From assembly GCF_964355755.1 (NCBI RefSeq), contig NC_092676.1, forward strand, positions 22,648,871 through 22,712,870: a stretch of 64,000 bases of DNA. The letters run 5' to 3'. Below the pieces are notes generated by a model. The model did not search any database. It had not been told where the DNA came from and saw only the letters and a list, made by a program, of their open reading frames with translations. Below, one piece after another: positions 1 through 13,567 of this stretch (the stretch's first letter is position 1; the number at the start of each line of letters is the position of its first letter). Source of the DNA: Antedon mediterranea. Its lineage: Eukaryota > Animalia > Echinodermata. The position numbers were made by a program, and so were the translations under genes.

Positions 1-1486
1 ATGGTGACAATCGAATAACAGTGTGAGATGGTGTATAGTAATAAGTAAATTAATAAATAATAAAACGCAATATACGGAAGGGAATGGGAAAAAGTTAAAA
101 ATATATGTTATATACGTGTGTAAACTTTCATTGGAAAGTCTTCAAGCGAAGAATTCTACATTACGATAAACTCAGGGTACAGTGTTAGTAATGCGACTGT
201 TCCTGTCGAAAAACATGACGGTTAATTCGAATGGCAAGACTGGTTTGTGTTATGGATATATATTTTACTATGATTTAAAAATTATTTTATAAATTATGTT
301 AAGTGAATCGCAATTTCTTTTTCTAATGGGTACAAAAGGTTAATCCTGTAAAAGAAGTGTGTACGTACAACAAAATTTCGATGCACTAGTACAATTGAAT
401 TATTCAATTCTATAGTTACAAAGAATTTCTCACACTTTGACAAACATAAATTGAAGTCTTATTCTTATGTAAAAACGAATCCATTGATGTCCAAAGAAGT
501 GTGTAAAGTAGTTATAGTTATTTCCTCAACAAAAATGTCTATAAATCTAACACTGTACCAGTTGTGTCCAACTATAGTTAGAACTATTCTAAAGAAAGTA
601 CAGTATCGTTGTTGAATATTGAAAAAAATCTAAATGTGTAATAGATCAAACAATTTAATAGAGCAAATTAATGATTAATACATTGGGTTTTTAACATTAT
701 GTGATTCGTGTGTGCTACACCGAGGAGACGGGAAACGTAAATTGAAATAAACACAAACATTAACACTAACGTTAATGAAGATTTGTTATTCGGATAGCTA
801 AGACATAGGTGCCTTTAAAGTGTGAGTAAGTTCCTTTGTAAAACCGAACCACAGTGTAATCTTTGGAGTGAAAGTGGAATCATTAGGTTCATTGACTATG
901 ACTTCGTTGTCAATTGTCATTTTTTTCTTACAATGTGGTGTAATTAACAAAGAATGTCTTTCTTGTGACATTCCAATGTTCCTTTTAAAAATAGTATCAC
1001 ACTGAGAAATGGAAACAAGATAACGAATAGCCAATCTGAATTAACGAACTTGCACTGAGAAGTGTCAAACGACTGTACTATTCAGCTTAAGAGGAATAAT
1101 AAGTTGGCCTTAAATGGTATTTCGATAATTGAACCGATTTTTTTGTATACAATTCAGTGCTCTATAAAAATTACTATATACTGTATACCCTATTGTTAAG
1201 TTTGTTTTCGCTTGATTTACTAGATCATATAAAGTTCAAATTGTAAATGTTAATACGGTAAAAGAAAAGTATTGTAAAAGTACAGTAGGCTCTTACTAGA
1301 ATCAGAAGCAATTATGGTCAAAAATAGAAAACTTACACATCCATATGCATAGGAAATAAAGTTTTTCGCATGCAATAATATATTAACCGATGTATTACAT
1401 CTTATGAATTTGCAAAAAGTGATATTCCAAATATATACTTAATGATTATTTATTGTTGTTTTAGAACTTTATCAAGATACATCACA

Positions 1487-1690
1487 ATGACATCAGAGAG
1501 TTGCTGTTTATGCGGTAAAGCAGGGATTCTTTCAATCAGTGCTCTAGCGCTAGTGGCAGCCCTAGTCAATGCTGGTGTGTGGGTGAGCTGTGCAGTGGAA
1601 TACTGTGACATATACAATGCAACAGATATTAAGAATGAATGGGAGGTCGCTGTTCTTTGGTATACCCCACCAGTGGTGGCATTGGTGTTG
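1487..1690 (+). CDS. Gene A coding exon 1: four-TM MS4A/CD20-like membrane protein (388 aa; join 1487-1690,2007-2066,2414-2668,2895-2976,3234-3799)
   Basis: Acceptor ttgttttag ends at 1464, ATG at 1487, hydrophobic ORF MTSESCCLCGKAGILSISALALV...PPVVALVL, donor GTAAGT at 1691 (phase 0). The five exons join in frame to 1167 nt. Confidence 0.85.
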
Positions 1691-2006
1691 GTAAGTATTC
1701 ATCCCATTATTCCCTGATCCAGGTTTATAGATTTAAAATACTTCAAGGGGACTACCGTACTTACACAAATATGTATACTGTTACAAAATATATTTGTAAT
1801 TAGACACATTTAAAAGAAATATTACAGTTTAAGCTTATACTAAATGTCGAAATATATTTTCAATTGCAGAATAAATTAATTCTTGGAAGAGGTAATCTGG
1901 CTTTAAATGTTAAAAACTTGAAATGCATTCAAACTAGTCTTGAGATGTCTTATTCCAAAAACGGGTTTGTCATTTTATATAATTTCGTTGTTTTTTTCAA
2001 TTACAG

Positions 2007-2066
2007 ATGATAGTTCCTACTGTGTTTGGTATTTGTATGGGTACCGTTTGCTACGACTCGGCAGTG
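2007..2066 (+). CDS. Gene A coding exon 2 (MIVPTVFGICMGTVCYDSAV)
   Basis: ttacag acceptor and GTAAGT donor; 60 nt, phase 0/0, the same length as exon 2 of paralogous gene B. Confidence 0.85.
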
Positions 2067-2413
2067 GTAAGTTGCAAACTAATGTTATTGTTTTAGGCCT
2101 AATACTAGCTAGGCTAATTAGGCATACTAGCTAATAGGCAAATAACCAGGAAAGATCGAACCAATCTCAGTATTGCTTCATCTAATGAATGCAGAAACTG
2201 GGCCACTTCTAGGCCGAGCTTCAACTGTTTTACGACACAGCAGACCACGCAGTCTACTGCCTTCTGCGCATGCTTACTGTACGTTTGAGTAAAATGTCTT
2301 CAATTTTAAATTGACGGTACGGTACTAGTACCTCTTCACGTTTTTCCCATATGCTTTAAAAGTTTTATAATCTATGTATATATATAAATATAAAACTTAA
2401 TTTTAATTTCCAG

Positions 2414-2668
2414 GGTACGGCTATTGCAGTATTCTCAACTCTATCAGTGATCGGTTCATTTGCATACATCTGCCTAGAACTTTTAGCTTTATATGGAGAC
2501 AAGGAAAACATATATTTTGAAATATTTAATCGAGTTCTTACCTCGGAAAGTGACACCGGCGAATGGTTATGGAGAATACAGTTAGGCCTAACATGTCTTA
2601 TAGTTCTTCTGTCAATGGTTCTAATATTTATTGGCTACTGCTCCTGTGGTATGATAGATGATGACGAG
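2414..2668 (+). CDS. Gene A coding exon 3 (TM3-TM4)
   Basis: tttccag acceptor, GTAAGT donor; 255 nt open, two hydrophobic helices ending IGYCSCGMIDDDE; overlaps ORF 2447..2692. Confidence 0.88.
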
Positions 2669-2894
2669 GTAAGTTATGTACACATTGATTAACAACGTAC
2701 TAGGTTTGAAATAGTTTCAAAAATCATTTCATATATTTTAGAAAAAACTTGAACAATGGGACATGGTATTTACCTCATACCATATTGTTGGAATGATGAC
2801 GTAATGATGTGTCTTTCATATTAAGTTTATGCATTCTATGTTGTAATTAAGGACATTTTGACTGATTCGGTTATTTTGATTTGTTTTACTGTAG

Positions 2895-2976
2895 ATGGAG
2901 TACGCAAAGGAAGAAGAGGAAGGAGGAGGAGGATTCCCGTCTGATCCAAATTATGGACAGTTTGACAGTTATAAAG
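2895..2976 (+). CDS. Gene A coding exon 4 (MEYAKEEEEGGGGFPSDPNYGQFDSYK)
   Basis: ttactgtag acceptor, AAG/GTAAGT donor; 82 nt, ends in phase 1, matching exon 5. Confidence 0.82.
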
Positions 2977-3233
2977 GTAAGTTGTATAATCTATTGTCCG
3001 CCATAAGTATCAACGACGCAGGATCCATTTTGAAAGATATGCTGAGGTTGTGAACTGTAGACCTACTTAATGACGACATCGTATTGAATAAGTTGTTGAA
3101 AGCGGGAAGGTAATCATCAACATTTAAATGAAGAACTTCACTTTCCATGATCACCGTAGTTCTTGACGATGTATTATGACTTACAGTTTGCTTACAGCTT
3201 TGGTAAATGATTTTTCGTTTTCTTTATTTCCAG

Positions 3234-3799
3234 CACCGTATATGATTTCAAAAGCACCTCACAACAATTACGGAGAAAATGGACTTTCCAACAGACATAG
3301 CAGGTACAACGATGATTTGATAGCAGACCATCTCCGACCTAGGCCACAACAATCCTCAACCCACATGCCACAAGACCCATGGAGCAGGCAACCTACCTTC
3401 ACCAGTCGACAAGAGCAACACGTTGAATCGATGGAGAACAAATATGCTCGTTACGGTGCCCAACCTGCAGTAGGACCACCGATATCAAGAAGTTCTAGCA
3501 CTCGTCGTAGCCACCAAGAACTACCAAGTCACAGAGAGGACACACGGTCATACAACGACCCAGGTCCACCACCACACAGCGGATCTGAGCCACTTTATCC
3601 GAGCAACCACAGACAGAGACGGCCTAAGCAACAGCGCAACAAGGATTCATCAATCTTGGATTATGGGAAGAAACGAAGTAATTATACGGGTATAAGAGAT
3701 ATACGATCTCATATGACAAATGGACTGCCACGTCCACAGGTTGATTATGATTATTCTCAAGATAATGAGGGTTTTTCAACTAGATACGATTATTATTAG
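3234..3799 (+). CDS. Gene A terminal exon: R/S/P/Y-rich disordered cytoplasmic tail
   Basis: Polypyrimidine tract plus cag at 3233; in frame with ORF 3176..3799; ends ...STRYDYY TAG. Confidence 0.85.
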
Positions 3800-4594
3800 G
3801 AAATACTATATAGAAAATTATTAGTACCCTACTCATGTAATCAACATAAAGAACTTGATCTTAATGATCTTAGTCAAAAAAACACTGCAGACAAATTACT
3901 AATTTTGATTTGCTTTCCACGCCGCAGAAGTTAAGGGCGGTAGTGTTAATTTCGTCATCATATGGATTTTCTCTATTATCATCATTGATAACGATATGTT
4001 CCAAGTTTATCAAAGATATAGCTTTTTGTTAATCTAAAGGCTAAACATTTTCCCTCTGTTCGTTATGAAATATTTGTACATTTCTTAGGAATTTAGTTAG
4101 TTAGAAGAATATGTTTAATAAAGAATAATTTGTATGTTTTTTTTTAATTGCCAATCCTACTGTATTGTATTTATCCTATATTTATTTACATAACTGTACT
4201 TATAATACCAAAACGTATTAATTAGCTATTGTATATTATATGGTAATAGTTTTAATATTAATATTATTAATCAATTATAAATATCTTACATGTAGTCCCA
4301 AGAAACCAAGAAAAGAGTGTGATCTCACATTTTTCTGTAGATACTAATAAATATATTATCATATCGCGATGTAGAAAATGTATGTTTGTACTAAAACTTA
4401 TATTTTGCTTAATTGAATTAGCTGTTTTTGCATAATTATTTCTAAATAAATATATACATTTTTTTAAAATAATGTGTTTGGAAATATTTTTTTTATTCGT
4501 TTGCACCATAAGGTCTTTTGGTTGCCTCCCAAGATGTCTTTATCATGACCAAACAACTATTAAGAAGTTACCGGACAGAGAGTTCTGACGGTAA

Positions 4595-4716
4595 AGCTTC
4601 GTTCCAATTTGACGCAATGCAATGACGTAACGCAACGCAAAGTTGACCAATCTCAAGCGATGGATTATTCGAACAGTCGCGTGTGATTGCGTCTACACCC
4701 TAGTTCGAACCAAGCT
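4595..4716. mobile_element. Short MITE-like element
   Basis: Imperfect TIRs AGCTTCGTTCCA / TCGAACCAAGCT, flanked by TAA and TGA; GC-richer than its flanks. Confidence 0.45.
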
Positions 4717-6471
4717 TGAGTGTTAAATGAGTTTAAAAAGATACTCAGCGATTCCGTCAGCGAACCGTTACAAAGAAGAGGGCGTCAATACATATCCACC
4801 ACAAGTTCCTGGTTCATATTCAATAGGGGTATAACATCATAATTATTCCATATTTCCCTATGCTTACACATTTAAAAGGCGGTCTTCATCAGTGCTATCC
4901 AATTTGAAGTGAAAGATCGCGGGAAGGGCGTTAGCAAACGATACTATTGACAGGTTTCTTTCAATTAACACATTTCTTCAAATTAACTGTATTCATAAAA
5001 TTAATAAAAACAATAGGCCTATGCCTATTATTTGGTATATCCACCTATAAAGTATAGGGACTCGTAGATAGATACTGTTATGAGTAACCCTTGTAAGGTC
5101 AGAAATTTAAATATCCATAATAAATCCTGTTACAATAGAATCACTATTTCGCAAAGTACTGGTATTGTTGTGTCAATAAAAAGAAACGTCTTTTATGCTT
5201 CGGTGAGGCGTAGCATCTTGTATAGTATCACGGGCCGCGTCATCAATATTATCCTTGCACTGTCAAAAAGTAGCCTGATGACGACTGGGTTCGATTAAAA
5301 GTTACCGTAACTCATTAACCTATTCCTTTAAGAGCATTACCACAATTTTGTTGGTATAGTAGCTGCTGACAGATTATATCAACATCAACTAATGTAAGTG
5401 ATTGTCTGTTTTATTTTTGCTTTTATTTTATGACTCATGGGATTGTTTTATTGCTTTAGTTTCATTGAATTGAATCCACAGTATTAAATGAACACAGGCC
5501 AAAATATACATATTGTATTGTGTTGATATACACTGGATTTACCTGGTGTGTTATTCTATTGTTGAATTATGTATTGGAAATTTGCTATGTTACAGTTGAT
5601 AGATTTATTTATGTGAGTTTCAGTTTAATTGTTTGATTATATGTTAACCGATATTTCTTTGGATAGTACATTTCGACTTATTGTAAAAGTAAGGAATGTA
5701 CCGGCAAACAAGGGTGTGATCCATATTGAGGTTTTAAAGTTTTATTGTGTACCGCCAATTGTGACAACGACAGGGTTAAGAAATACAAAAGGCAGTGTGT
5801 CATTCACACTGTCTTTCAGGGCTTAACTTACAATTGTATAAATCGGGATCAAGCGACCAGCATGTGTGACAAACTACATTTACTACTCAATATGAGGGAA
5901 CCTATTTATCCGCAGCGCCTTAGATTAAACAAAATGATCAGCATAACACCGTTGATGCAGTATATGTTTAAAAGTTGAGGTTTTAATACAAAAAAAACTT
6001 ATGTTCATTTTCATGATTACGTCATGTGCGATATCTTGTCAGACAAATAATTAGGCAATATTATCCCATTCTTTGTATTTTCGCATTGAACTTAAACCTT
6101 TGTTTGGAATGGTACCATGCACCAAAAGTAAAATTTAACAATTTGCAAGTGTTCGTCATGCCATGTGAAAACAATTTCGGTAACCGAGAACAAATACTCC
6201 TACGTAGTTGAAATATTCTAAGAGAATCGTGTATGGTTATAACAATATTATTATTATTTTCCATATAAAAACAGGTGATTCAGAATCGAATTCTAAACAC
6301 CCATCAATAACTTTCAACTGACAAAAAAGGAACACGTCTGTTTTAGGTCTGCGCGTACAAGACGCACCTATACATAAGCGCTGCCAAATCCGATAGGAAA
6401 CGAAATAGGCATCAGAGAGAACCGCCTAGAATTAAAGAACTATATAAGTTAAGAGGAACAAAACTATCAGG

Positions 6472-6648
6472 ATGTGTAAATGCCAGTGTATGGTTGTCGG
6501 GCGGTGTCGGTTCAAACTTTTAAAAGCATGTGGAGTCATCTTGGTTTTGTCAGGCCTTCTACTGGTGGGATTTGGAATCGCGGCCTTCTTTGAATGGGGA
6601 CAGTTTACAAATGACACGGCAGGCGGGCCCATCTGGGCTGGTCTAGTG
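6472..6648 (+). CDS. Gene B coding exon 1: MS4A/CD20-like four-TM protein (171 aa; join 6472-6648,6777-6836,7280-7537,7855-7875)
   Basis: ATG 6472, hydrophobic TM1, GGPIWAGLV resembling the CD20/MS4A G-x-P-x-W-x-G motif; donor GTAAGT at 6649. Confidence 0.85.
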
Positions 6649-6776
6649 GTAAGTCAAATTATGTAACTTAACTTTTTGAAGAGAAGAATATAAATGACAA
6701 TGAAAGAAAATAAAACTTCTTGACGAAATGGTACGCAAACATTTGTTTATACGTGGTTTTATTTCGTGTTTTATAG

Positions 6777-6836
6777 GCAATTGTGACGGGTATATGTTCA
6801 TTTTATATAGCATCTACGTTATCTGACGATGATTGG
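6777..6836 (+). CDS. Gene B coding exon 2 (AIVTGICSFYIASTLSDDDW)
   Basis: ttttatag acceptor, GTGAGT donor, 60 nt, phase 0/0; completes the MS4A-like WAGLVAIVTG TM2. Confidence 0.85.
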
Positions 6837-7279
6837 GTGAGTTAAGAGCAAAACAGTAGTTTATTTTGAAGAGCAACATCATTTTAATGATCATATCAGT
6901 TTGTTTATGAGTCGTTCTTACACTTTTCTGAATTATTTTATCATAACTGTAAACATAGTCACGATTTCAAGTCAAGAACACTTTCACATGCAAATCACAT
7001 GATCTGCAGCTACTTAAGACTAGTTAGGCAGACCAAGTTATTATAATAAAGGTTTACAAATAATTCTACAACGTTTAAAACTGAATAAACTATACTCATT
7101 ATTACAGTATTGTTTATGTATGTATATTTTATTTGAAAAACATTTTGTATCTGTATCTGTCTCATATTGGGTGCAGTTTTTCTCTAGAGAAATAATTCTA
7201 TTAAGAATCGTGGCAGATCTGAGATTTGTAAGAAAGCATTTTACAACTGCATCAAACCACTACTATCATTTTTCTACAG

Positions 7280-7537
7280 GGTGTGCGAGGTCTGGTTTGT
7301 TTCACCCTTCTTTCATTGGTCACCATGGCAGCTAGCATTGGCCTGATTGCTTGGAAACTTTGGGAAAATGATTACTTTGTTAGTAAAGACAAATTTGAAG
7401 CTTCTACGACAGAAGACCCTTCCGAATGGACATTAACTATAGCACTCTTTGCAGCGGTCAGTTTTGTCGGACTTTTAGTAATGTTATCAAGTACGATTAT
7501 AGGCTGTATTGGATGCAGGTGTCCTGAAAGTTCGGAA
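7280..7537 (+). CDS. Gene B coding exon 3 (TM3-TM4)
   Basis: tttctacag acceptor, GTAAGT donor at 7538; 258 nt; overlaps ORF 7283..7585; ends in Cys-rich GCIGCRCPESSE. Confidence 0.88.
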
Positions 7538-7854
7538 GTAAGTGTTTGCTTATTAGTATTTGCCACACACATATGTTACGTCTAAAGGTTTGCACAATGG
7601 TGGAATACGATTTTAAAAATATTCTATTAAGTAAATACCACTTAAATATCCTTAAATATTTTGACTTAAATGTCTTGTAATGAATAATGCTAGAATCAAT
7701 GATCCACACAATCTGCTAACCCGGTAAATTTCTTTAGCGCCAACTATCGCTTGGTACTCCTGCGTGAAACATAATTATAGTTTCAATAGTTACCTTGCTG
7801 TGTTTAAGGAGAAAATTGCACATTATAGTAACCAACGGTCCTTTTCTGTTACAG

Positions 7855-7875
7855 CTCGTTTCCGGAGTGATATAG
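7855..7875 (+). CDS. Gene B terminal coding exon (LVSGVI stop)
   Basis: First good acceptor (cttttctgttacag) after exon 3; phase 0; TAG at 7873-7875. Short, so less certain. Confidence 0.6.
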   Translation, partial: LVSGVI

Positions 7876-10800
7876 TTAGAAACTACGAATGAATCATTTC
7901 AACAAAATACAAGCGTTTACACCAAAAGGGAATGACAGTATTTAGACGTATACTTATGCAAGATTTAAAGATTTATTGGAATCTTATTGGTGGAATCTGA
8001 ACTAAAATTAACATATATTTATGAAAGGAATTATTTAAATTTATTACCGTATGGTTTCCCATGTTGCATTCAGTTGGTGGATGATGTTCCTATCAATGAA
8101 TGATTTTGAGACATTATTGTGTAATTAGCATACTTGTACTTGGACAAGAAATAAGTCATTATGATAATATTCAGTTGGTGATGGTTTAAAAATAATATAA
8201 TAATGTGGTTTATCAGATTTGAATAATTATTATTAGGCCTTACTGGGAGTAATAACTTGTTTTTATCAGGGAATCGGTAAGTAAGTGATCTCGGAGGTAG
8301 TGCATTTGGGAAAACTAGAGGACACCATTTCTTAATTCACAAGTACTAGTTATATATTACATCAGAGTTAGGAAAACATCTCATTTAGTATTACAGTAGG
8401 CCTACTGTTGTTGCTTGATAACGTCTACAGTTTTTAAATTATCTTCCTCAATTTTTTAGCTATATACCAGCACACCATGCTTATTGACTTTCATGAAAAT
8501 GGATATATTGGTGACGTCACAAATGCTTATTGAAGTCTCGAGTTATCTGCATCCATCAGAATGGGCTGAAATATAAAATAGCACGCCCTCTATCGTTCTT
8601 TTTCATTTTGCAAAGTAATTCGCTCAGTTTTTTTGTTCGAAATGTATTATTATTTATTGGTCACAAACCATTTGGAAACAATTATAGAAAGAGATAGGGT
8701 TTCACAAGCCGAGAGAGTACAACAGCAAGCTAGTCTTGTTTGGCAATAGATTTTAATGTATTAAATCTTTATACAATGCATTCTCGTTTTTATTTCTGCT
8801 CGTAAGTTTTGGCTTGTCATACCTAAAATCAAAACGCTCGCTGGTGGCGCTACGTGTAAACAAAAACACCAATAAGTCCAGAGAAACAAAATGAACATGA
8901 ACGACCGCAATGCTGTTACATTGAAACAAGACAATTTTAATATCATTGTATACAGGGTTGACTCTACATTCACAAGACGACAAAGTTGATGCTCATATTA
9001 TAACATTACTAATCTACCATTATTCAATTTGCCAATTGTTTTTCCCTAACTGATGAAGTAAATATGTAAATATATATTAGTTCGACTAAAAGCAGATTGA
9101 AAATTACCAAGATTATCGAGTCGGAAAAACCTTTCCAACATGCAATAGGCTTTTTTTCCTCACAACATTTCTTTAAATTTCTTACTTAAACTGATATTTT
9201 TTTTAATTTGATGTTTTTATTTGTCAATATTAATAAACACTATTCTAAAATTACAACTTAACGAGAAGAGAATGACCATAGGCTGAAATAATTTTCAACA
9301 TTTTTTACACCAACACAAAATGACTTCCGACCTGTTTTGTTTGTGTATCTGTTGAAAATTAGGCACACCGTAGTCAATGTGTAGTGATTGACGGACGAAT
9401 AGGAATTTGGCTATTTACACGCCATTCAAAGCCTATTCATACAGAGCAACGGGCGGATTAATAATAACCACAACGGTCTTTTGAAGACTTGCAGTTTAAA
9501 TTGGAAAAAAAGTTATCTTCTAGCACATTAACATGAAAATAGTGCATGACTTTTCACTCAAAACCTTTCACACACGCAATCAAAAATAGTTAACATTTCA
9601 CAAATCCTGACATGCGCAGAAACGTCTAAGCCACATTAGAATATTTAGGTCTAAACATCTTAGAATACCCTGTAACACCAGAAAAAATAGCAACCATTAA
9701 AAAAGCCTAGGCATTCCAAAATACTGAATAAGATTATGATATTCCCAATGTTTTAATAGACAGTAGAGGTATACCTAAAACCATGGTTTTTGACAAAATT
9801 ATTCTCTAATAATTACAGAAGCTCTGTGCCATATCTTTGTACACACATCACATAAGCAGTGCCAAAAATAGTATTATTACCGCCCTCGATGTTCAACATT
9901 TACTTTTTTAATTCAACAAACTCTTATTCCATTTATCGACCACCATTCATTGTTTTGTTCTAATTTCTTTCGGATAAAGCGCAATAGTATATACAGTGCT
10001 GCATTGAATATTTGCCACAAAAAAAAAAGTAATTACGAAGTAAAAATAAATCGTAGAAGCACCAACTGGAATAAAATGGAAGAAAATTATCGGCTAAAAA
10101 AACGAAAATAAGTAGGTAGAATGAGCATGCGCACATGAGCGCTAAAAGTATAGTTACCGCCCCCATCGTTTACAATGGTATGCTTATGGTTGTGCGAAAT
10201 TAATTAAATGGTCATGCGTGGAGTAAGGCATGTATGGAGAGTTATGACCACCCTCTGCCGTTGATCATTCTTACGCAACCGTTATTACTAGACTACATTA
10301 ACTTACAACGTAGTAAGGACTAAACTTGCTACCACTACATATAAGGCTACCTCACTTTATATACATTGACTTATCTACTAAAGAACCAATAACTTACACT
10401 ATTAATTACCGTCTGGAGTGACGTTTAAATTACGCTCGACTGTTGGTACAGAGAATAACAAAATAACTAAAGTGCATTTAATATTAAAGCTTTAGTTAAA
10501 TTCGCTGAAAACTAGTAAAAAGATCTAAAAGAAATTAATTGATTCTTATTTTAAATAGGATTAACAATAACATAAATGTGACCAATTATATGTCTTACCT
10601 AAACCCAATGTGTCTATACCACGCGGATTTCATATTGACTATCCATCGTATATGAATTAACCTATCGACAAAGTAGGTGTTAACCAGTTATGTAGGCCAA
10701 TAATACCTATGTCTACTTTTATAACAGTAAAAATATTTGGTTGAATGCCAATATAAAAATGTAGTAATATTAATGTATATCTAGAGTAAAAAATATACAA

Positions 10801-12463
10801 GAAAAAACACAAGAATTGTATTATATGCATTGATTGCAATAATAAAAAAATTATAATAAATGTATAAAGCAATGATTCCTATTTCCATACATAACACTCA
10901 TTCTCGATTTTCTCATCATATGCAAGGCCAATCCCGCCAAAATACAAAAGTGAAACGAACATCTTATATATTGAAGGCAGTCCCCGCCGAATACAAAAGT
11001 AAACGTTTTCATCATCTCGTAAACCCATCAATGACTAGATACAACATAACGTACGTAAAAAATACAAAGCGTTATATAAAATATGAACAACCCTCGTGTC
11101 CGAAAACTGGCAACAAATAATTGCATCAAAATGAGGAAGACAGAGACAGACAACAAAAAATTAAACTAAGCACGGCTTTTAGTTTATAAATTGTTCACCG
11201 TGTAATACGTTAATATTCTTCTGAAGGCTACCAAAAGTTTAAATATTTGAACTCGTTTCATGCCTAAATTCTCTTTACACTTTACAATACAATAGTACTT
11301 ATGTTCGCCCCCTCATACGGCTGTAATTGAGGAGATGTGGAGATAACTATTACCAACCATAAATGATTAGATTTATTAATCGACGAACAACCAGCTAATA
11401 ATACAGTTCCACATTGAGCAGACGGTAAAATGGCGGCAACGTATCATGGCACTGTACATTCACATTGAAAGAAAGACATTAACTGGAAGAATTTATTCCT
11501 TAATTTAAGGCCCTTCACCTCGGGAATGTGAATATTACTTGGTCACAAACACTGTACTTTTTAAAAATTCGTTTCAGTCAGGCGTAGGTAACACATCAAA
11601 AGTGAACATAATCCACTTACACCAAACATGACGTAACTAAGTTTCTATCTCTGTCGAACTGAAATACAATTTCAATTTTATACAATTTCCTTATTTAAAT
11701 TTTATCTAACATTTAATTATGAAGAGTAATTTGATTAATCAATTTGTAATTCGAAATGTAGCAGAATAGGCACATCATCAGGTGTTATGCACCGTAGGCT
11801 CATAATCTGCACGTTACACGCGCGTGCGCAGTTGAGTAATTTATTTAGACAAATTTACATAATTTTCCTCCCGTCTATGCAATTATGGTCTAATTAACTA
11901 TCAAAACGAGTCGGTGTTGAAGCCAAAAGACTAAACAAATTAACTAAACATACTGTAGTGACGTCATATAAACCTAATTAATATAGGTACAAATACTGAT
12001 ATGGAATGAAAAATAACTAATAAATTAAATACAAATTAAAGAAAATATTATGATTTATACACTATTACTCCTATAATATGAATCTAATGCTGTCGTCGAC
12101 ATTATAATATAACGGCTAATAAATTGTTAGAAAAAAATAATAGCGAATTGGAAGGTATAATAATCGTGTTGAAGGTTTTTTTTTTAACAATAACAGAATT
12201 GACAATTATGCTGATGACAATAAAACACATAGTATTTCAGTCTTTTATCACTAACAACCTGGACAACACGACCAAGAAAAACAAAATATTGAACCTTCCA
12301 AATCATCATGTAATAGAATAATCAAATCGCGTTGTGGTTTTCATCAATTAAGCCTATGTTGGTCATTGGATTCCCGGACCGTCTGCACCATAATGAGACT
12401 GGTGTTTTTATGATTATGTGTAGATGATCCTAAAACAAGCCTGTTCTACAAGTCACAGCATAG

Positions 12464-12802
12464 CTACGATGCTTCTTTAGGTTCCGCTGCAGCTTCCGCT
12501 TCTTCTGTCTTTTCTTCCTTCTTTTCCTCGGTCTCTCCGTTAGTTTCTGCTTTTGGAGTTTCCTCCGTCTTTGCTTCTTCTTCTTTCTCTCCATTGACTT
12601 CCGGTGTATCCTTCTTTTCTTCCTCTTCTGCTTTCTTCTCTGGTTCGGCGGCAGCCTCTTCTTCTTTCTTCTCTCCGTTTTTGGCAGCTTCAGCCTTCTC
12701 TGCTTCTTCCTTTTCCTTCTCGGCGGCTGCAGCAGCTGCTGCTTCAGCGGCTGCAGCAGCTGCTGCTTCCTTCTCAGCTGCAGCAGCTGCTTTCTTTAAG
12801 AA
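12464..12802 (-). CDS. Gene C terminal exon: Ala/Glu/Lys-rich low-complexity tail
   Basis: ccttcaatag acceptor, 339 nt open frame FLKKAAAAAEKEAAAA...AAAEPKEAS TAG; phase 0 matches exon 5. Confidence 0.85.
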   Translation of the reverse strand, partial: FLKKAAAAAEKEAAAAAAAEAAAAAAAEKEKEEAEKAEAAKNGEKKEEEAAAEPEKKAEEEEKKDTPEVNGEKEEEAKTEETPKAETNGETEEKKEEKTEEAEAAAEPKEAS

Positions 12803-12975
12803 CTATTGAAGGAGATAAAAATATCACTTTAAAGAAAAACTACAGAAATGAAAATGAAATTGATTTGCTGATAACAAATTTCGGCAAAGACTTACTTTCT
12901 ATTCATATTATGTTTTTCTGACCTAACAGTTCAACTACTATTATACTATTGTATTGTCAGTAAAATAAAACTTAC

Positions 12976-13141
12976 GCTTGATAAATCATCATATACACTG
13001 CTTGGGTAGCTGTTGTTCATTTTGTGTAGAATAGCCTTTGGTATCCAACCTTTCATGTTAATCTGATTGACAAGAATTACCTGACTGGCATTCTCATCTT
13101 CACCTGGCTTTACGATTAATCCGCCGTACATCAGCTCAGCC
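12976..13141 (-). CDS. Gene C coding exon 5 (AELMYGGLIVKP...INMKGWIPKAILHK)
   Basis: ctttttag acceptor, GTAAGT donor; START C-terminal KGWIP motif; within ORF 12946..13206. Confidence 0.9.
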
Positions 13142-13302
13142 CTAAAAAGAAGATCAAACATAAAATATACAAGAATAAGGTAGGATGGAGATTTTACCAT
13201 ATACAATGGCTAATGTAATGCATCAAATCATTATCAAGGAAGATGCTGATACAATTGCCAAAGGTTTATTTGTCTCAAATGTTTCAAGAATGATTTTCCT
13301 AA

Positions 13303-13567
13303 AGCCTGGTTTCCATAAAATCGCTACACCGTGTCGCCGACTGCTGTCGCCGACAGAGCGTAGCGATTCTATGGAAACGCTAGAGTTTATCGGGGATCTA
13401 GTACGCGTATACGATTCATCGCCGACAAAATCGGCAAAGTTGAACATGGTTGAACTTTGCCGATTTGACTGCGATGAATCGGGGAGCCTTCCCGATTGTG
13501 TCGGCGACATCTGCGCGTGTAGCGATTTTAATGGAAACGCTGTAGCGATTTTAATGGAAACCAGGCT
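13303..13567. mobile_element. PIF/Harbinger-type MITE in an intron of gene C
   Basis: Perfect 14-bp TIR AGCCTGGTTTCCAT ... ATGGAAACCAGGCT, extended by AAAATCGCTAC/GTAGCGATTTT; flanked by TAA/TTA; internal repeated GTAGCGATT..ATGGAAAC and TCGCCGAC motifs. Confidence 0.8.

Noticed and set aside
12594-12921. + strand Ser/Ala/Phe- and Leu/Gln-rich ORFs
   Set aside because: Antisense shadows of the low-complexity last exon of gene C.
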